Shown one piece after another: positions 11,096-25,099 of a stretch of 64,000 bases of DNA. Position numbers and translations under genes: made by a program. The notes below the pieces were generated by a model. That model did no database searches. It saw nothing but the letters and a program-made list of their open reading frames with translations, and was not told the DNA's origin. Source of the stretch: Negaprion brevirostris. Taxonomy: Eukaryota. Numbering within the stretch: position 1 is the first letter of the stretch; the number at the start of each line of letters is the position of its first letter. The stretch covers positions 41,623,208 to 41,687,207 of the forward strand of contig JARDVH010000084.1 in the NCBI GenBank assembly GCA_030324005.1, in the 5' to 3' direction.

Positions 11096-14000
11096 TGTTT
11101 TTTTATGTCTTAAGTCCTTTATTTCTCTGTATCTTGCCCTTTTTGAAGATGTCCTGAGTATTTTTGACCCCCCTTGATTCTGATTACTGAAAATTGGCTG
11201 GGGAGTAAAGTGCCCTGTTGCAACAGCTATGATCTTAATCAGGATCAAATAAATTGTGCACTTGGGAATTGTGGAGTTCAGAATTTAGAGGAAAGTCTTA
11301 ATAACACTCAGCGTCTTCAAATCATGAATTATTAGCTCTCTCTTCTTTGTAGCAAAATCTGTATTCCACAGTTCCCTACTGAGTATCCTATTTTTATAGC
11401 ACCAGTGTGGCAAGCAAAGTAGTTCATTTTAACCACAGGAGCACTTTTAAATAAATGATTAAGCCAAGTGTACAAGACATGTAGTCAAGATACCTGCAGT
11501 GTCTACGATCAATTGAAATAATCAGCCAAGCCACCCACACACAGTGTACTTAAAGGCAACAAATTCTCATATTTGCCCTGTAGGAGCCTCAACCTGTTCA
11601 GTCTTTCCCAATAATTGTACCCCCCTCAATCCTGGGACCATTCTTATAAATCTTTTGCTTTTCATATTCTCCATTGCTTCTCTATCGTTTTTATAGATTG
11701 GAGACGAATACTGTTCACAGTTTGCTACTATCTGATCAGGATTTAACTAAGCTTCACTATTTGTGATAAATCCCATTTCTAACTATTCTGCTGACCTGGG
11801 GTACAGGTCATCTGTATCCCTACATCCCTTCCCTCTTCAGTTTATCACTTAATATTTATCTATGTTATAGAACATTTTCAGTTTAATAGCCCCGTCTATA
11901 AGTTTTCAAATGTTGTCTTGGATTGACTAACCATGGTGTGCAGTATAACAGCACAGTTTAGATGGGCAGAAAAAGCTTTGTTGGGATGGCAACATTATGC
12001 TTTTTTATGAAGCCCCAAAGCCTGAATCATAAAAATAATTATGATTATTATTATCAGCACGTGCCTAAAAATTAATCAAAATGCTCAGAAGTGCAAACAG
12101 TGTATGCTGTACACCTTTAAAAAAATCAATCCTTGGCACAGTAATATTTGCTTAGCTATCTTGTAGTAAAAATGTCAGATGAAGGTGTCTTAAAGCAAAG
12201 TTACCACCTTAATTACCTAATTCTTAGACTGCATCTGTCAAACTGGTGCCATATTGAGATCTTCAGTGTGTTAATGATTTTTGGTGTGCACAGTAAAACC
12301 GTCATGGATCTGCCAACATAAATGGCACAATCTCCAATATAATAACTGCTGCTGGTCTGAAGCCAGAAATTTTACTTTTTGTCCCAAAAATTGAAATTAC
12401 AGCCTTTTAATATTTTATAGCTTCTTCATAAATCAATGGAAGCTAACCAGAATTTAAAGCTTTGTGAGCCGCATATATGCTTGAGTATATGCAAGAGGAG
12501 TGTGACAATCCCACTCTACAATGATAGAAACAAGCAGAGCAACCATTTGGCCATATCTTTCTACTCCACAGATGCTGCTGGGTACAAAGGAACAGCAGCA
12601 TGAGTCTCATATTAACCATGTGAAGTCAAGGCAACATAATACTTCATAACTTATATAAAATTCACATAAATAACAAAATAATGTAACTAACCAATATTAT
12701 CACTTAAATACAAATTTGACAGAAACATCTTTTTGAAATATCTTATTAATTTTCAACAAAATAGAATGTTACTTGTTTCTAACAACACAAATCACAAAAT
12801 ATGTCATCTGTGCTCTGCATTTCAAACTGAATACTGATGCCAATCCACTTCGGTGTAGTGCAGTGATGTTGCAATTTTATTATCCACTCATCTAATTAGC
12901 AGGATCCTACTGCAGTGACTGTGAAAAGAAAACTGTTTGGGAAAAGCAAAAGGTCTTTATCAGTGATTAATGCATCATTGGAGCAATCCAGGTGATAAAT
13001 TATTGAATTGAATATTGTATAACTAAAGAGCTTTTAGAGAGAGAAAATTAAATAAGTCGACCATGTTCATTGGGAAGGACATATAATTACCCAAAACAAT
13101 ACTTAAGTCACTTTTCCTGTAGCTATAGTCTGCTACTACTAATGGTTCAAAACATTTCTATGGAAGGTGCACTACTGAGTTGACATCCAGTGGACTGTAG
13201 TAGAGATCCATCTCTATGGAAGTTGTTCTGTACAGGTACGCTTTAGTAAACCAGTTCACTAGATAGATGTAAACTCTGCACTGTTTACCAGACTAGCAGA
13301 ACTGCAAGTGTGGGCAATCATTTGTGTTGAATTCCTCAGCTGTTGAAATTTACAGTGTGAACTTTAAGGGGGGATTCATAGTTTTATGTAAGATAATTGA
13401 ATCTAGCAAGGGTTGGGGATATCTCACACTTTCATTTGCTTTTTATAAGGCTTTCAAGTGTGTGCTTTGTAGCCCTCATGAAGAAACTAGCAGCTAGGAA
13501 ATCTTGATGTGTACTCCTGCTGTTAAGATCCTCAGAGGTTAAATGGAAGATTCTCTGAGCACCTCTGTCTCAGAATTCAAGTGAAAGTGCTCCTAATATC
13601 CATCTTTTTTGGTGTGTTAGTGGCACTGTAAAGGCAGTTTCAGCGTGTCTTCCTAGGCAGGTTTGTAGTCCTTTTTTTTACAATGAATCTCTGAATTGTT
13701 GTTTTAAATTCTAACAAAAAATTTACAATAGGGAAACAGGCCATTTTGTGCCAGTCTTGGTGAGGCCCTGGAGGATACCAATAATTGACACATTTCTTCA
13801 GAACTTTAAGGTCACTGACCTTCTGTATTTCTGTCTAATGACACAATTCTTGGTTCAGAGCTTCAAGGCATGCACTAAAACGTTAATTTATGCACTGTAT
13901 AAAATTTAGGACCTAACTGTGCGATAAAAGTGTTGTGTGAAAGAATATAAGGAAGAGGTTGGCCTGCATTAACCGTTCATTCACCATCCGAGGGAGGGGA

Positions 14001-14504
14001 GATAATCTTCTCTATGTTTATTTGCCATGCTTTATTACATAAGGTCTTGATTAAACAATTAAAGATTGATACGTCTGAGGAATGGCATTGGACTTTGACT
14101 TTGTGCAGGTCTAAAAGGCTAAGATATTATGAACTGTCCAACACTTTTCCTCCCACCAGGTTGAAGCATATATCCATCAGCTAGCTAACAAAATTTTGAG
14201 GCTTGGAATTATAACTGCTGGATTTGTAAACGGATGCTTATGTATTGATGCCTACCTGAATTGAGTTGCAAAGAGAACTGAAACTCTAGCCCTCTAGCTG
14301 CTGAAACTATCGATCAATGCAATAAAGAGAAAATGGAAACACTGATCTTGCCACCCACATGAACACAGCTTCCGACTGGGAAGATGGTACTTCACGGTCA
14401 TAAGCAGTTCTCATAAGAATGTTGCACATTTATTCACGGTTTATGGAGTTTTTAGCTTTTCATGACGCATGGAAATTCAAGCCACTCACCATCCTGACTT
14501 GGAA

Positions 14505-14985
14505 ATATATTACCTTTCTGGTTGTATCACAGCTTGATATGGCTCCTGCTCTGCCCAAGACGGCAAGAAACTACAAAAGGTCGTGAATGTAGCCCAATCC
14601 ATCATGCAAACCAGCCTCTCATCCATTGACTCTGTCTACACTCCCTGCTGCCTCGGCAAAGTAGCCAGCATAATTAAGGACCCCATGCACCCCAGATATT
14701 CTGCCTTCTAACTTCTTCCTTCGGGAAAAATATACAAAAGTCTGAGGTCAAGAACCAACCAACTCAAGAACAGTTTTTTTCTGTGCTGCCATCAGACTTT
14801 TGAGTTTACCTACCTTGCACTAAGTAGATCTTTCTCTACACCCTAGCTATAACTGTAACGCTACATTCTGCACGTTATCGTTTCCTTCTCTATAAATGGT
14901 ATGCTTTGTCTGTATGGTACGTAAGAAGCAATACTTTTCACAGTATGCTAATGCATGTGACAGTAATAAATCAAATTAAATCAAA
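14505..14985 (+). mobile_element. Rex1/Babar-type LINE 3' end
   Basis: YGSCSAQD.KKLQKVVNVAQSIMQTSL.SIDSVYT...LLPSGK.YKSLRSRTNQLKNSF; tail aataaatcaaattaaatcaaa. Confidence 0.75.
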
Positions 14986-17169
14986 ATCACCACTCTCTCA
15001 CACACACTTGAGGAAAATACAGCCAAAGAGGATATTGCACTTTTACAAGTTATAAAGGAATAATTTGTAATCGTGATTTGGCTTGTCTTGATGCAGGCCC
15101 AGAGAAGAAAATATTCTTTTCCACTTTTGGCAGTTTAATTAGGAGAATTCAGTAACCAAAGTCATATTCAAGGTCATTGCAGGATTTCCTTGAAGAGCTG
15201 GATTTTTCAACAAATCATGAAATTAGTTGCATGTAGAGTTATTACTAGGAGGTCAATTTTCTATATTGGTGCACTTGAAAAGAAACAGGCTTGGAGCCCT
15301 GATATTATATCCAGTCTTAAAGCATAGGTGTTGTTGCCTTTGCTGCTGTTTCTTTCAGTGTTATTTGCAGATTTATTTGTTTCTCCTTGGTGCTTGGAGT
15401 GAAAAAGATTGGTTGTCTGAAAACGGCTTTGATCAGGTGACTAGATGATCAATACCTCTATTTTCCACCCAGAATGATTTGAAGTTCAAAGCCATTGCTA
15501 CATAATGGGGGATGGATGGTGGACATTCATACTTATACATGATTTCACTGGTTTCTGCACCTTTCTTTGTTATCAAGTTTGAAAACAGTCTGGAATCTAT
15601 TCATTTGGAGTTTCAGATAAGTCCACACGTAATGGAAAGTGTGAATTCCACAAAACGCATTCAAGAGGGCCACCCCCCCCAGTGGTCGTTTCAGTAGGAA
15701 GTTTCTAGAAGCTTGAGATACTGAGTCTGTGCAGAATTGCAAAGGTTACTTGACTTTCAGCAACCATCTTAGCAGCCTTTTCTGAAAAAGGGAAGTTCAA
15801 GAAAATTCTATACCGAATAAGTCCATATTTAAAATGATGAAGATGACGTGCCTTTACTGGACATGGCCATTCAAACACTGGATCAAATCTGGTGACTTCC
15901 TGCCAATAAAATTGTATTCTGCTTGTGTTGCCTTTATTGCCCTTTTAAGGGCAAAACAGCAGATTAAGGGTCAATCTTCGCAGTGCTATACCGTTGGAAG
16001 AAAACCTTTGCGATGAAGAAATGGACACTTTGTCATTGATTTCTGCCTTGTGGGTCAACTTCTGCTGGAAGAGTGAAAGTATCAAACTTCAGCTTAAACT
16101 GCATTTGATTGGGGAATGATTGAAAATTGCAAGACACTGCCAAGATTCTTACTCCAGCCCTCTTTCTGTAACTGCACTGCTACATTTGGCTCTTTTGGAA
16201 ACAGATGAATGCATCTCCCTTTTAAGTTGCCAAAAGCCCTTAAAAACTTCAGAATTGGCAACCTGACATGCTCCCCACCCTCCACCACCACCACTGCCGC
16301 AGACTGAATCTACCCCCTGGACTGGCTAAGGCCGCACTCCAGCCCCGCCAAATCCAAATGGACAAACTACCACCACCCTCAGGNNNNNNNNNNNNNNNNN
16401 NNNNNNNNNNNNNNNNNNNTTCTCTATGGTTTGAAGGTGGCTGGACCTTTAAACACACCTGAGTTGCAGCAGCTGGTGCCTTAAAAATGGGTATGACTGC
16501 CTCCCTTTGTCCACTGAAGGCTGCACTACGCAGCTCTGAACCGGCCTAAGTTAGCAGATCAGGCGAGACAGCGGCAAAAATACTTCAAGGTAATGAAGTA
16601 GTGAAGTGGCAATCCAACTTTGTCACTCCGTGGAGGTTCCGGCCATTATGTTAAAGATACTATGTGAATACCAGTTGTTGTTATATAAATAATATCATCT
16701 TATCCCTGTTTTTGCAATCTTTCCACAACTTTTCATTTAGTCTGCTAGCCACCTGACCCCATCCAAAGATCAGTTTCTCTCACAGGCTAATAATCAATCT
16801 TTTGGCTTTCTAGGAAAATTAGTAACTAACCTTGGAACTTCTGGTTTATTTTTTATATTTTCAGTAATCTTAGAAATTCTGTGACCTTTCAGTTTTCACT
16901 TTGTAGACCAGTTTAACATAGATTTTTTTTCCCCCCCCACAAGTGCTATACCAGCAAAAATATAGCTAAGTCTGCTTTTCCAACAACCTTTTATATCTCT
17001 TGACATATCTGATAAATAATGAATGATAATGTATATTCTGTAGTAATCCTGGAACTGTTNNNNNNNNNNTTTCATTGAAATGTGGCCTTTTCTTGGAACT
17101 TGAAGCCCTTTGTTCAAGTGGCTTTTGTTTTCTGCTATTTATGTATTTCTGCATGGTAAGTAATGTATC

Positions 17170-17447
17170 TGCTGGCTCAGTGATTTTACCCAAGAAGAAA
17201 CTGGAAAGCTTCACCCCTAGTCTTTGCCGAGTTAGCTTGCCTTTGAGAAAATGATGCGGTTGGTACAATTAACTTCCATATCCCTCAATTTTGGACAACA
17301 AAGTCAGCCAGGGTTCCTGCTCTTGATGGCAAGATAGTGACTCTGCAGTCAGATATTTTGCTCAGGATTCTTAGTCAAGGTTCACAGATGGGTGAGAAAA
17401 TTCTGGATGTGGACAACCTGGAGCTGTACCGACAAGGAGTTAATGCC
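17170..17447 (+). mobile_element. Ancient AmnSINE2-like SINE
   Basis: Collinear blocks gccgagttagct, tacaatt, tcagccagggttcctgctcttgat, caaggagttaatgcc resembling the AmnSINE2 consensus as recalled. Confidence 0.55.
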
Positions 17448-17815
17448 AGTAAAAAACGTAAAGTTTGTTTATTAATTACAAGTAGGCTTACATTAACACT
17501 GCAATGAAATTACATTGAAAAACTGAGAAGTGAAAGCAAATTAGTGAGAGATAAAATCCTATGAAGTTTTACTTAAAAACAAAAATAAAATGCTGCAAAT
17601 GACAACTGCTTGATTAAAAAGTATCTAATCAAAGAAAGTTATGGTAATGTTCCTGCTATAATCATTTATTAATATATGTTTAACTTTTGAAGTTAAATCT
17701 CTGTGTATTAATATCAGAGTCCTACATACTGTACTCAGTAGAATATTATAACCTTAGAACTGCTACAGTTACAACCAATAGCATTATTTACTATTTTGTT
17801 CTCTTCTGTTAACAG

Positions 17816-17873
17816 TAGTGTCCCAATGCTCCGCATGTTTCACAGAGATTCCAATTTAACATGTTTACAGAAG
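17816..17873 (+). CDS. MYSM1: MYSM1 penultimate exon (SVPMLRMFHRDSNLTCLQK)
   Basis: polypyrimidine tract then aacag acceptor, AAG|gtaagt donor; 58 nt, phase 2/0; matches SVPMDKIFRRDSDLTCLQK. Confidence 0.93.
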
Positions 17874-18140
17874 GTAAGTTTATGAGAAACACTGTTGTGT
17901 TATCCTCTTATACGTGCAAGTTTTTATTTATATAATGTATATGAAGATTAATGCCAGTATCTGAAATCAGAAAGAAGCTCAAATTTCTGTACTCATGCAT
18001 TTGAATGTGCATTTTGGGACAGTGTTTAGCAGCTGCTTCTTTTGCTAGTCAGGTGTTTCTGTTAGGTATTTACTCTTACATTGGTTACCAACTATGACAG
18101 TGGATAGAATGATGTTTTTCAAAAGATTAGTCTTGCTAGT

Positions 18141-18490
18141 TGGGGCAGCACAGTTGTCAGCATTACTGCCTCATAGTATCAGAGGCTTGGGTTTAATTCC
18201 TGGCTTGGGTCACTGTTTGTGTAGTTTCAACATTCTCCCCATGTCTGCGTGGATTTCCTGTGAGTGCTCCAATTTTTTCCCACAGTCCAAAGATGTGCAG
18301 TTTAGGTGGATTAGCCATGCTAAATTGCCCCTTTGTATCCCAAGATGTGTAGGTTAGATGGATTAGCCATCGTGAATGTGTGGAGTTACTGGGATAGANN
18401 NNNNNNNNNNNNNNNNNNAAGATACTCTGTCAGACAGTTGGTGCAGATTCGTTAGACCAATGGCCGCTTCTACAGTATAGGGATTCTGTG
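18141..18490 (+). mobile_element. HE1/V-type SINE
   Basis: tRNA-like head, ...cccacagtccaaagatgtgcag...gctaaattgcccc core, CR1-like tail gattctgtga. Confidence 0.85.
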
Positions 18491-18949
18491 AATAATAAAA
18501 ATGGCACAGAAGATTCCATTGCTTTAAACATCTGTGGCTCTCTAAAGGCAGGATGAAAAGGTGGTATACATGTTACCCCCAGCAAGGCTAAAGAGGTTCC
18601 CCGAGACACATTAAAAATTTATGACTCAGATTTTACGCTTGTAATGACAGTAAAACTGTCAGTGTTCTCTTGTGAAACTGACAATAACTGCCAACGTGTA
18701 ATTAAATACAAATACAGTAGTTGCTGTTAGTGATTGTCTGCTTCTCCATAGGGTGTTACAGTCCTCGCAGGTTAGAAATCACTGATTTAACATTCCAATC
18801 CAGACCTACAAACCCAGGCAGATGTGAACTGAATCAATTTCTGAGAATAAGTACTCGGAATATAATCCCCTGCCATATAGTTGTGAGATCAGTCTTAGCA
18901 CATTCATCAGTTATTTATTAAACTGGGATTTATTTTAATCCAGGTTCAT

Positions 18950-19812
18950 GGATTGTTATTCATTTATGGGATGTGGGTCTCATTGACAAGGCCAGTCTTC
19001 GTTGTTCCGCTCTAATCCCTTCCATAAGAAGATGTTTGTCATCTGCCTTCTCGAACCACTGCTGTCCATGTGAAAGAGATCCATTCATAGTGTTGTTAAG
19101 TAGGGCGTTCCAGGGTCTTGATCCAACAACAATGAAGTAAAGGCATTATAGTTCAAAGTCAGGATGACATGCGACATGGAGGGGATATTGCACATGGTGG
19201 TTTGTCCCCATGAGCCTGCTGCCCTTGTGCTCAAGTTATGGATTTAGGAATTTTTTGTTGATGCTTTGGTGAGTTATACATGGTACGTGCTGGTGGTGGT
19301 GGTGGATTGAATGTTTTAACACTGTGGATGGACTAGTAATCAACTGACCTGCTTTGTGCTGGATGTTGTCAAATTTCTTGAAAGTTGACAGAGCTGCACT
19401 CATCTGGGCAATTGGTGAGTATTCTTGATTAGTGCCTTGTGGACTGTGAAGAGGCTATGGGGACTCTAGGTGTGTTACTCTCCAGAAAATACTTGATCTC
19501 CGACCTGCTGTTTTACCTACAATACTAATATGGTTGGTTCAGTTAAGTTTTTGCTCATTGTTGACCTCCCTGATGTTGATGATGGAGTAATTAGTGATGA
19601 TAATACCATTGTATATCAGAGAGAGGTGATTAGACTTTCTCTTGTTGAAAGGTGGTCATTCCCTGGCACTTGTGTCGCATAAGTGTTACTTGCCATTTAT
19701 CAACCCAAGCTTGAATGTTGTTCAGGTCTTGTTACATGTGAATGTGTTTAGATATCTGAGGAGTTGTGAATCCAACTGAACATTACAATCATCAGTGAAC
19801 AATACCACTTCT
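18950..19812 (-). mobile_element. Decayed LINE 3' region (CR1/L2 group) sharing its 3' end with the 54550 SINE family
   Basis: catttatgggatgtggg terminus; homologous to 44865-45160. Confidence 0.65.
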
Positions 19813-20069
19813 GATCATATAACTTTATTGATCTGCTGGAAAGTAATACAAATGACAATGGTTGGAAGATTAATTAGTAAATCCAAAGCTGCAAAAGTTA
19901 TACAGGCATTTGATAAGATTTCCATGACACTTTACAATGTTAGAATTTTAATAAATGTGACCTAAAGTAATTTCATACTTTCAGAAGTAGAATGGCAAAA
20001 CAAATGGTAACACCAATAATGTTGCATAAAACTTGCATGCTGACCTACAGTGGTTTCTGATCTGACAAT

Positions 20070-20440
20070 GCCTAAATTTTAAGATTCTGCCCCTTGATTT
20101 CCAATTCCTCTATGGCTTTGTCCATTTCCTATCTCTGTAATCTCCTCCAGCTCCTTCTAAACCTTTTAAAATCTCTCTGCTCTTCCAATTCTGGCCTCAT
20201 GCGCAACTCTGATTTTAATTATTCCATCATTAGAAACTGTGCCTTTGACTGTTGGGGCCACAAGCTCTGGAATACCATCTTCCTCACTTCCCTCCTTTAA
20301 GACACTCCTTAAAACCCTGCCTCTTTGACCAAGTTTCTGCTCACCAGTCCTGGTACCTTAGTTTAAGACTCAAATCTTATTTTGATGATGCTTCTGTGAA
20401 GCACCTTGGGATGTTTTACTAAAATGAGTGTAACTTGTTG
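20070..20440 (+). mobile_element. L2-type LINE 3' fragment
   Basis: Homologous to 10700-11095. Confidence 0.7.
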
Positions 20441-20930
20441 TTTGTTCCCTTAAAAACAAAAATACTGCAAATCTATCCGTATTGAAATACGAAATGCCTA
20501 AAGTTAGCCTGAACCTATCATTTGAAAAATAAAAATTCAATATTTTTTATCTTTAGTATTTAATTTTCTGCTCTGGGCTTTAAAATAATTGTTTTGTTTT
20601 CCACCCCCAAATATTGTGAAGGTATGGTGTGTGTACTAATAAGTTACAAAACCAGTGTAATGACTTTTATTCGTATGTCATAAGCTTAGAATCAGTTGTC
20701 AGTTTATTGGAGGCTTTGTCACCTATATTATTTTAAAGCTTTTAGTTTTTGCTAGCTTCCTGTTTTAGCATGCAAACATAACACAAATAGTATGATCTCT
20801 TGAAATGCATGGCGAGGTTTACTTTGTAGGATTAAGTCATTACTTAACATACACAGATCATCTGTGTTATCTGAGCAACATTCAAAATGTTTCAGTAACA
20901 CTTCCAACCTTTTTTGTTGTTGTACTATAG

Positions 20931-21095
20931 CTGCTTGAATCCATGAGGAAAACATTGGAAAATCAATGGAATGCTGCAGTCACTGAAGAGTTTCTGACCC
21001 AGATTGAAGATTTGTTCCTTGCAAGTTATAACACTGAAGACAGGAACAATGCATTTGAAACTATTTCTAAGCTTCCGGTAGAAGCAGGCAATTAA
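20931..21095 (+). CDS. MYSM1: MYSM1 last coding exon (LLESMRKTLENQWNAAVTEEFLTQIEDLFLASY...EAGN*)
   Basis: tactatag acceptor; matches LLECMRKTL...EEFLTEIENLFL; completes the LQK|LL (LxxLL) motif; TAA at 21093-21095. Confidence 0.93.
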   Translation: MLESMRKTLENQWNAAVTEEFLTQIEDLFLASYNTEDRNNAFETISKLPVEAGN

Positions 21096-22311
21096 TTTCC
21101 TCAACGTTTATTTCCAAGATCCAAGCATCTGACGTCCTGCTTCGAAAAGTGAACTTTGTCCAGAAAAATCTGATGAAACTGTCAGAAGAATCATCAGAAC
21201 TTGTGCAGTGGAGAAGCAAGGGGAATTTTCAATACAAATTGGCTAGTTTTGTTTTAAGGAAATGAAATTACTGGGCTAGTTAAAAAGAAAGTCTAGGGGA
21301 TTTCGTTCTTCCCATTTATAGAATAAGCCGACGATCTTTCCTCGCAATTTTTTTGACTTTTTATATAAAGTGTGCAATTTTCTTGCCATTTTGGAGCCAA
21401 CTGAGTGGGGTCATTTCCATTCAGTCAGTTATGGGGATTATTGAGGAGTGGCATAATTGGAAACAGCAGACACTGTGATTTCAAACTGGTGGCTCTCTGA
21501 AATTGCTTAACCTTCGGATGTCAGCAGGGAAATCTACATCCAAATCTGTCGTATGACTCCTCGATGTTAGCCAACTTTTACACTTGTTGAGCACACTGCT
21601 CTGTGATGTTCCCAGTTATTAACTGAAGCATCATAGGGTGAAAGTTCCACAACTCGGCTCTCTAAAGCTTCAAGGAGATTATTGGTTTTTCAAAACAACA
21701 ATGGATTCATTCATGGTAAAATTATTAATTCTGCTTTGAAAAAGGTATCTTAAACAAAGATTACTTCAAGTGTTTTCTTCCTTTTAGTTAGATAGTAACT
21801 GCATTAAACAAAAATATACAAAACAATGTTGCACTAAGAATTGCCCTGTTATACTTTGATTGCATTGCTTCCTTCAGTGCAAGACAGAAAGTACTGTTTT
21901 GAGACATCATGTGTGACATTTGGATTTATAAGCCTTAGGCTTCAGCTTTATTGTAGCATGTGGATTCTGCTGTAGAAATCTGGAGTGTTAGCAGAGGAAC
22001 AGGTTTCATTTCAATTCCAAATGTATTGAAGGGGCAGCTATCTGCTTATTCCAGGCTGATCATTATTCCTGCTCTCCTGATAGACAAACGCAAGCTGTCA
22101 CGATGTTCCTTTACTTTTTCCTTCCTTCGCCATGTCTCTGCTTGAGAAGGGAGGAATAATAATATTTGAGATAATGTCAAAAGAAAGATAAGTGTTCTAG
22201 GTAGATAAACACATTGAAATAGTAGATTTTGCCGAGTATATATAATGTTTAATACAAAAGTTAGGTGGTGTTGTAGATGAAGGTGGCACTTGACAATTTA
22301 TAAATAAGTAG

Positions 22312-22400
22312 ATGCAAAATACTGCAGATGCTAGAAATCGGAAATAAAAACAGAACACGCTGGGAAAACCTCAGCAGGTCTGGCAGTATCTGGGGCAGCA
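22312..22400 (-). repeat. Short Penelope-like terminal repeat fragment
   Basis: aaatactgcagatgctagaaatc...ctcagcaggtctggcagtatctg; related copies near 38020, 39895, 48520, 58170 and 61490. Confidence 0.6.
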
Positions 22401-25099
22401 TTATGGATAAGTCCTGGAGTTAAAGCAATTTATTGCATGATGTGAAAATAACATTTTCCACTATGTAAAAGTATCCAGTGTAGTGAATAATATTGTGATT
22501 GTATTATTCTGAGTGAGAGCTTTCTCTGAAATCTCAGGATGTGTTTTAGATTCTAAACATCTGCATTAGTTGTTCAGATATCTGTACTATTAAATATCTG
22601 GTGGGGTTTATTACTCCACTAGACTAGATTATTATTTATTATAAGATACCACTGGCTGCTTAATTTCTTGGTAAACCTACAGTAATTTTATTAATCAAGT
22701 TGTTTGGTTATAACTAAGTCCAGTTATTGACACACACATCTAATGCCCTCCCACAAACAGCCTTACTGAAAATGGAATATAAAACAAGTGACTTAAAGAC
22801 TATAGTTTTAGATTCTGGAGTTTAATTATCTCTTTGTTTGGAATCTCTTTGGGTTCCACATGTTGACCAACAGTTTTAATTTGCATTCCAGCACTCGGCC
22901 TTGGTAGCAGTATTTAGCGGAAAGTAGGTTTACTTCAGTGGCAGCCAAATGAAGAGAGATTCTTCAAATTCATCATCTGTGTGGTTCTATTCTGGCAGGA
23001 GAACCATGGTGATGATTGCTTTTGAACTGGAAGAGTGTGGGATATTGCTCTAAAAACCAATTTGATTGCATATTATCAAAGTAGTATTTCAAGACATTGA
23101 ATGTACCCATTGTATGAACCGTAGCAATATCTTATATATGTACTGGCAACTGTTGAGATGGTTTGCTCCAAGTTTTTTTCTAAAATTAAATTCTGAAATC
23201 CAAAGAAATACAAGTATGCAAAAGAGAAAACTTTTTTATTTATAATATGAATTTGATTTGGACCATATCTGTGTCTTCTGTCTGTTGATTCCAAAGTATT
23301 TTAGTATATTATACTTGCGATATAGATCTGTGTTACTTTCAAAGTAAGATTTTCTAAGAGGTCTGGTTCAACAAAAGAAAAGTTACTGACATGTTTCCAT
23401 GGTCCAGACAGGCATTGACCCCATACTATGACACCAGACTTTTTCCTCATTGACGAAGTCAGTATGCCTCTTCATATTGGGTACACTGGCCTCAAGATGT
23501 GCTGAACCCTGAGTTTCAGGTCGCAGGGATTTCCAACATTGGTAGTCCTTCATTCTGCTCTGTTCATGTTACTAGTCTGATAAGGAGAGGGCAGAAGCTG
23601 CGTTTTTTACAAAGCCCAATAGAAATGCCCAGCAGTAGTTGGGAACCAGGCATCTGGATCTGCATTGTTCTCCAGCCGTTCCTCTGGACCTAGCATTGGA
23701 TTGTGCCAGAAGGTCTGAAGAATTTTAGCACATCCATACCCAACTGCATAATGGTTATTTATAACTAGCTGATGAAATTAGGCTGCTTAAAGCAATCAAA
23801 GGACCAACTTTAAGAGAATAAAACTTTAGCATAATACTTTTTATTGATTTAAAAAGTGACTTATTTATATTCCCTATTCCCGACATGATTTAAATTGTGC
23901 TATTTAAACATTATGGCCGATATGGAACTGAATTCTTTCATGTTGAACACATCTTATAAGAAACACTTCAAATATTTGGAGCAATTATTTTAATTTTTTC
24001 TAGTGAAATAGGAAATAGTTTCATTTACATATGCATTTGATTCACAGTGACTTACAGCTAACAATGGCAAGACTCCATTTATTCCATCTGATGAAATAAT
24101 CAATAGAACAAAAGCTTCTTTATATTGATTGATGGGCTGTTTTGCATGAAGTAGTCTGTGACACAATCACAGTTCAGAAACTTGAGAAGCAAGTAAAGCT
24201 TCACTCTTATGATTTATGACATTAGTTACACAATTGTGTTAAAGTCTTAGAACAAGTTGGAATTAATCAACTTTTTTCAGTATTTTAAATTACAGACTTC
24301 AGATTAGTTGAATGCTGTAGACTCGAACTTAATTGAAGACATTTGAGGTTGATCCAAAATACTACCATGAGATGATTCAACAACCTTAAAAGGCTACTGC
24401 TGATGAATGGAAATTCACAATCAGTTAGTTAAACCCTCAGTCACGGCTATTTGCCACCTTTCTTGAAATTATGCAGTAGTAATAATAAGCTCAAATCTAG
24501 GAGAGACAGAACATTCACCCTGTAGCATATAACTTGAAAATTGTTGAAAAGTTACTGAAGCTTTGCATCTTGTACTAATCAAAACAAATACAAGAGTGCC
24601 AAATTTCAAATGATTGCAACAGTTTATAGCAGAGGAGAAAAGGCAAGCCACTCCGGGTGAGTTATGGCCATGGCAAAAACAGCAGGGAACAATGCTACTG
24701 GTTAATTCCAAAAAGATGCGAAGCTTTAATGTATTCCTTTTATTTGCAGAAAATAGGTCCCTGTGAATGTTCTTTATAGCTAACTTAAAAGAGCCACTTT
24801 ATGAACTCAACTGATTATCTTAAATTGGTTGTTAATGTAAGTATTAGCAAACTCAGGATTGTTCAGCAAATGCTGTGCAATCAGAGAATCACATCTAATA
24901 GTGGACATTTTTTGGGTTTTACAAGCGTAGACTGTTGAGTATAATCTGTACTCTGCTTATTACAAACAGCTTTACGAACATGCTATTTGATTTAATCAAC
25001 AAATTTTTGGGATGCATGATCTACCACTGCATACTAGCAGTGTGAAAGATTTTGCCTTACTGGGATAATTTAAGGTAGATTGGGCACTTTTCGGTGCCA

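Noticed and set aside
15834-15900. ATGATGA as the C box of an intronic C/D snoRNA
   Set aside because: No properly placed CTGA D box or terminal stem
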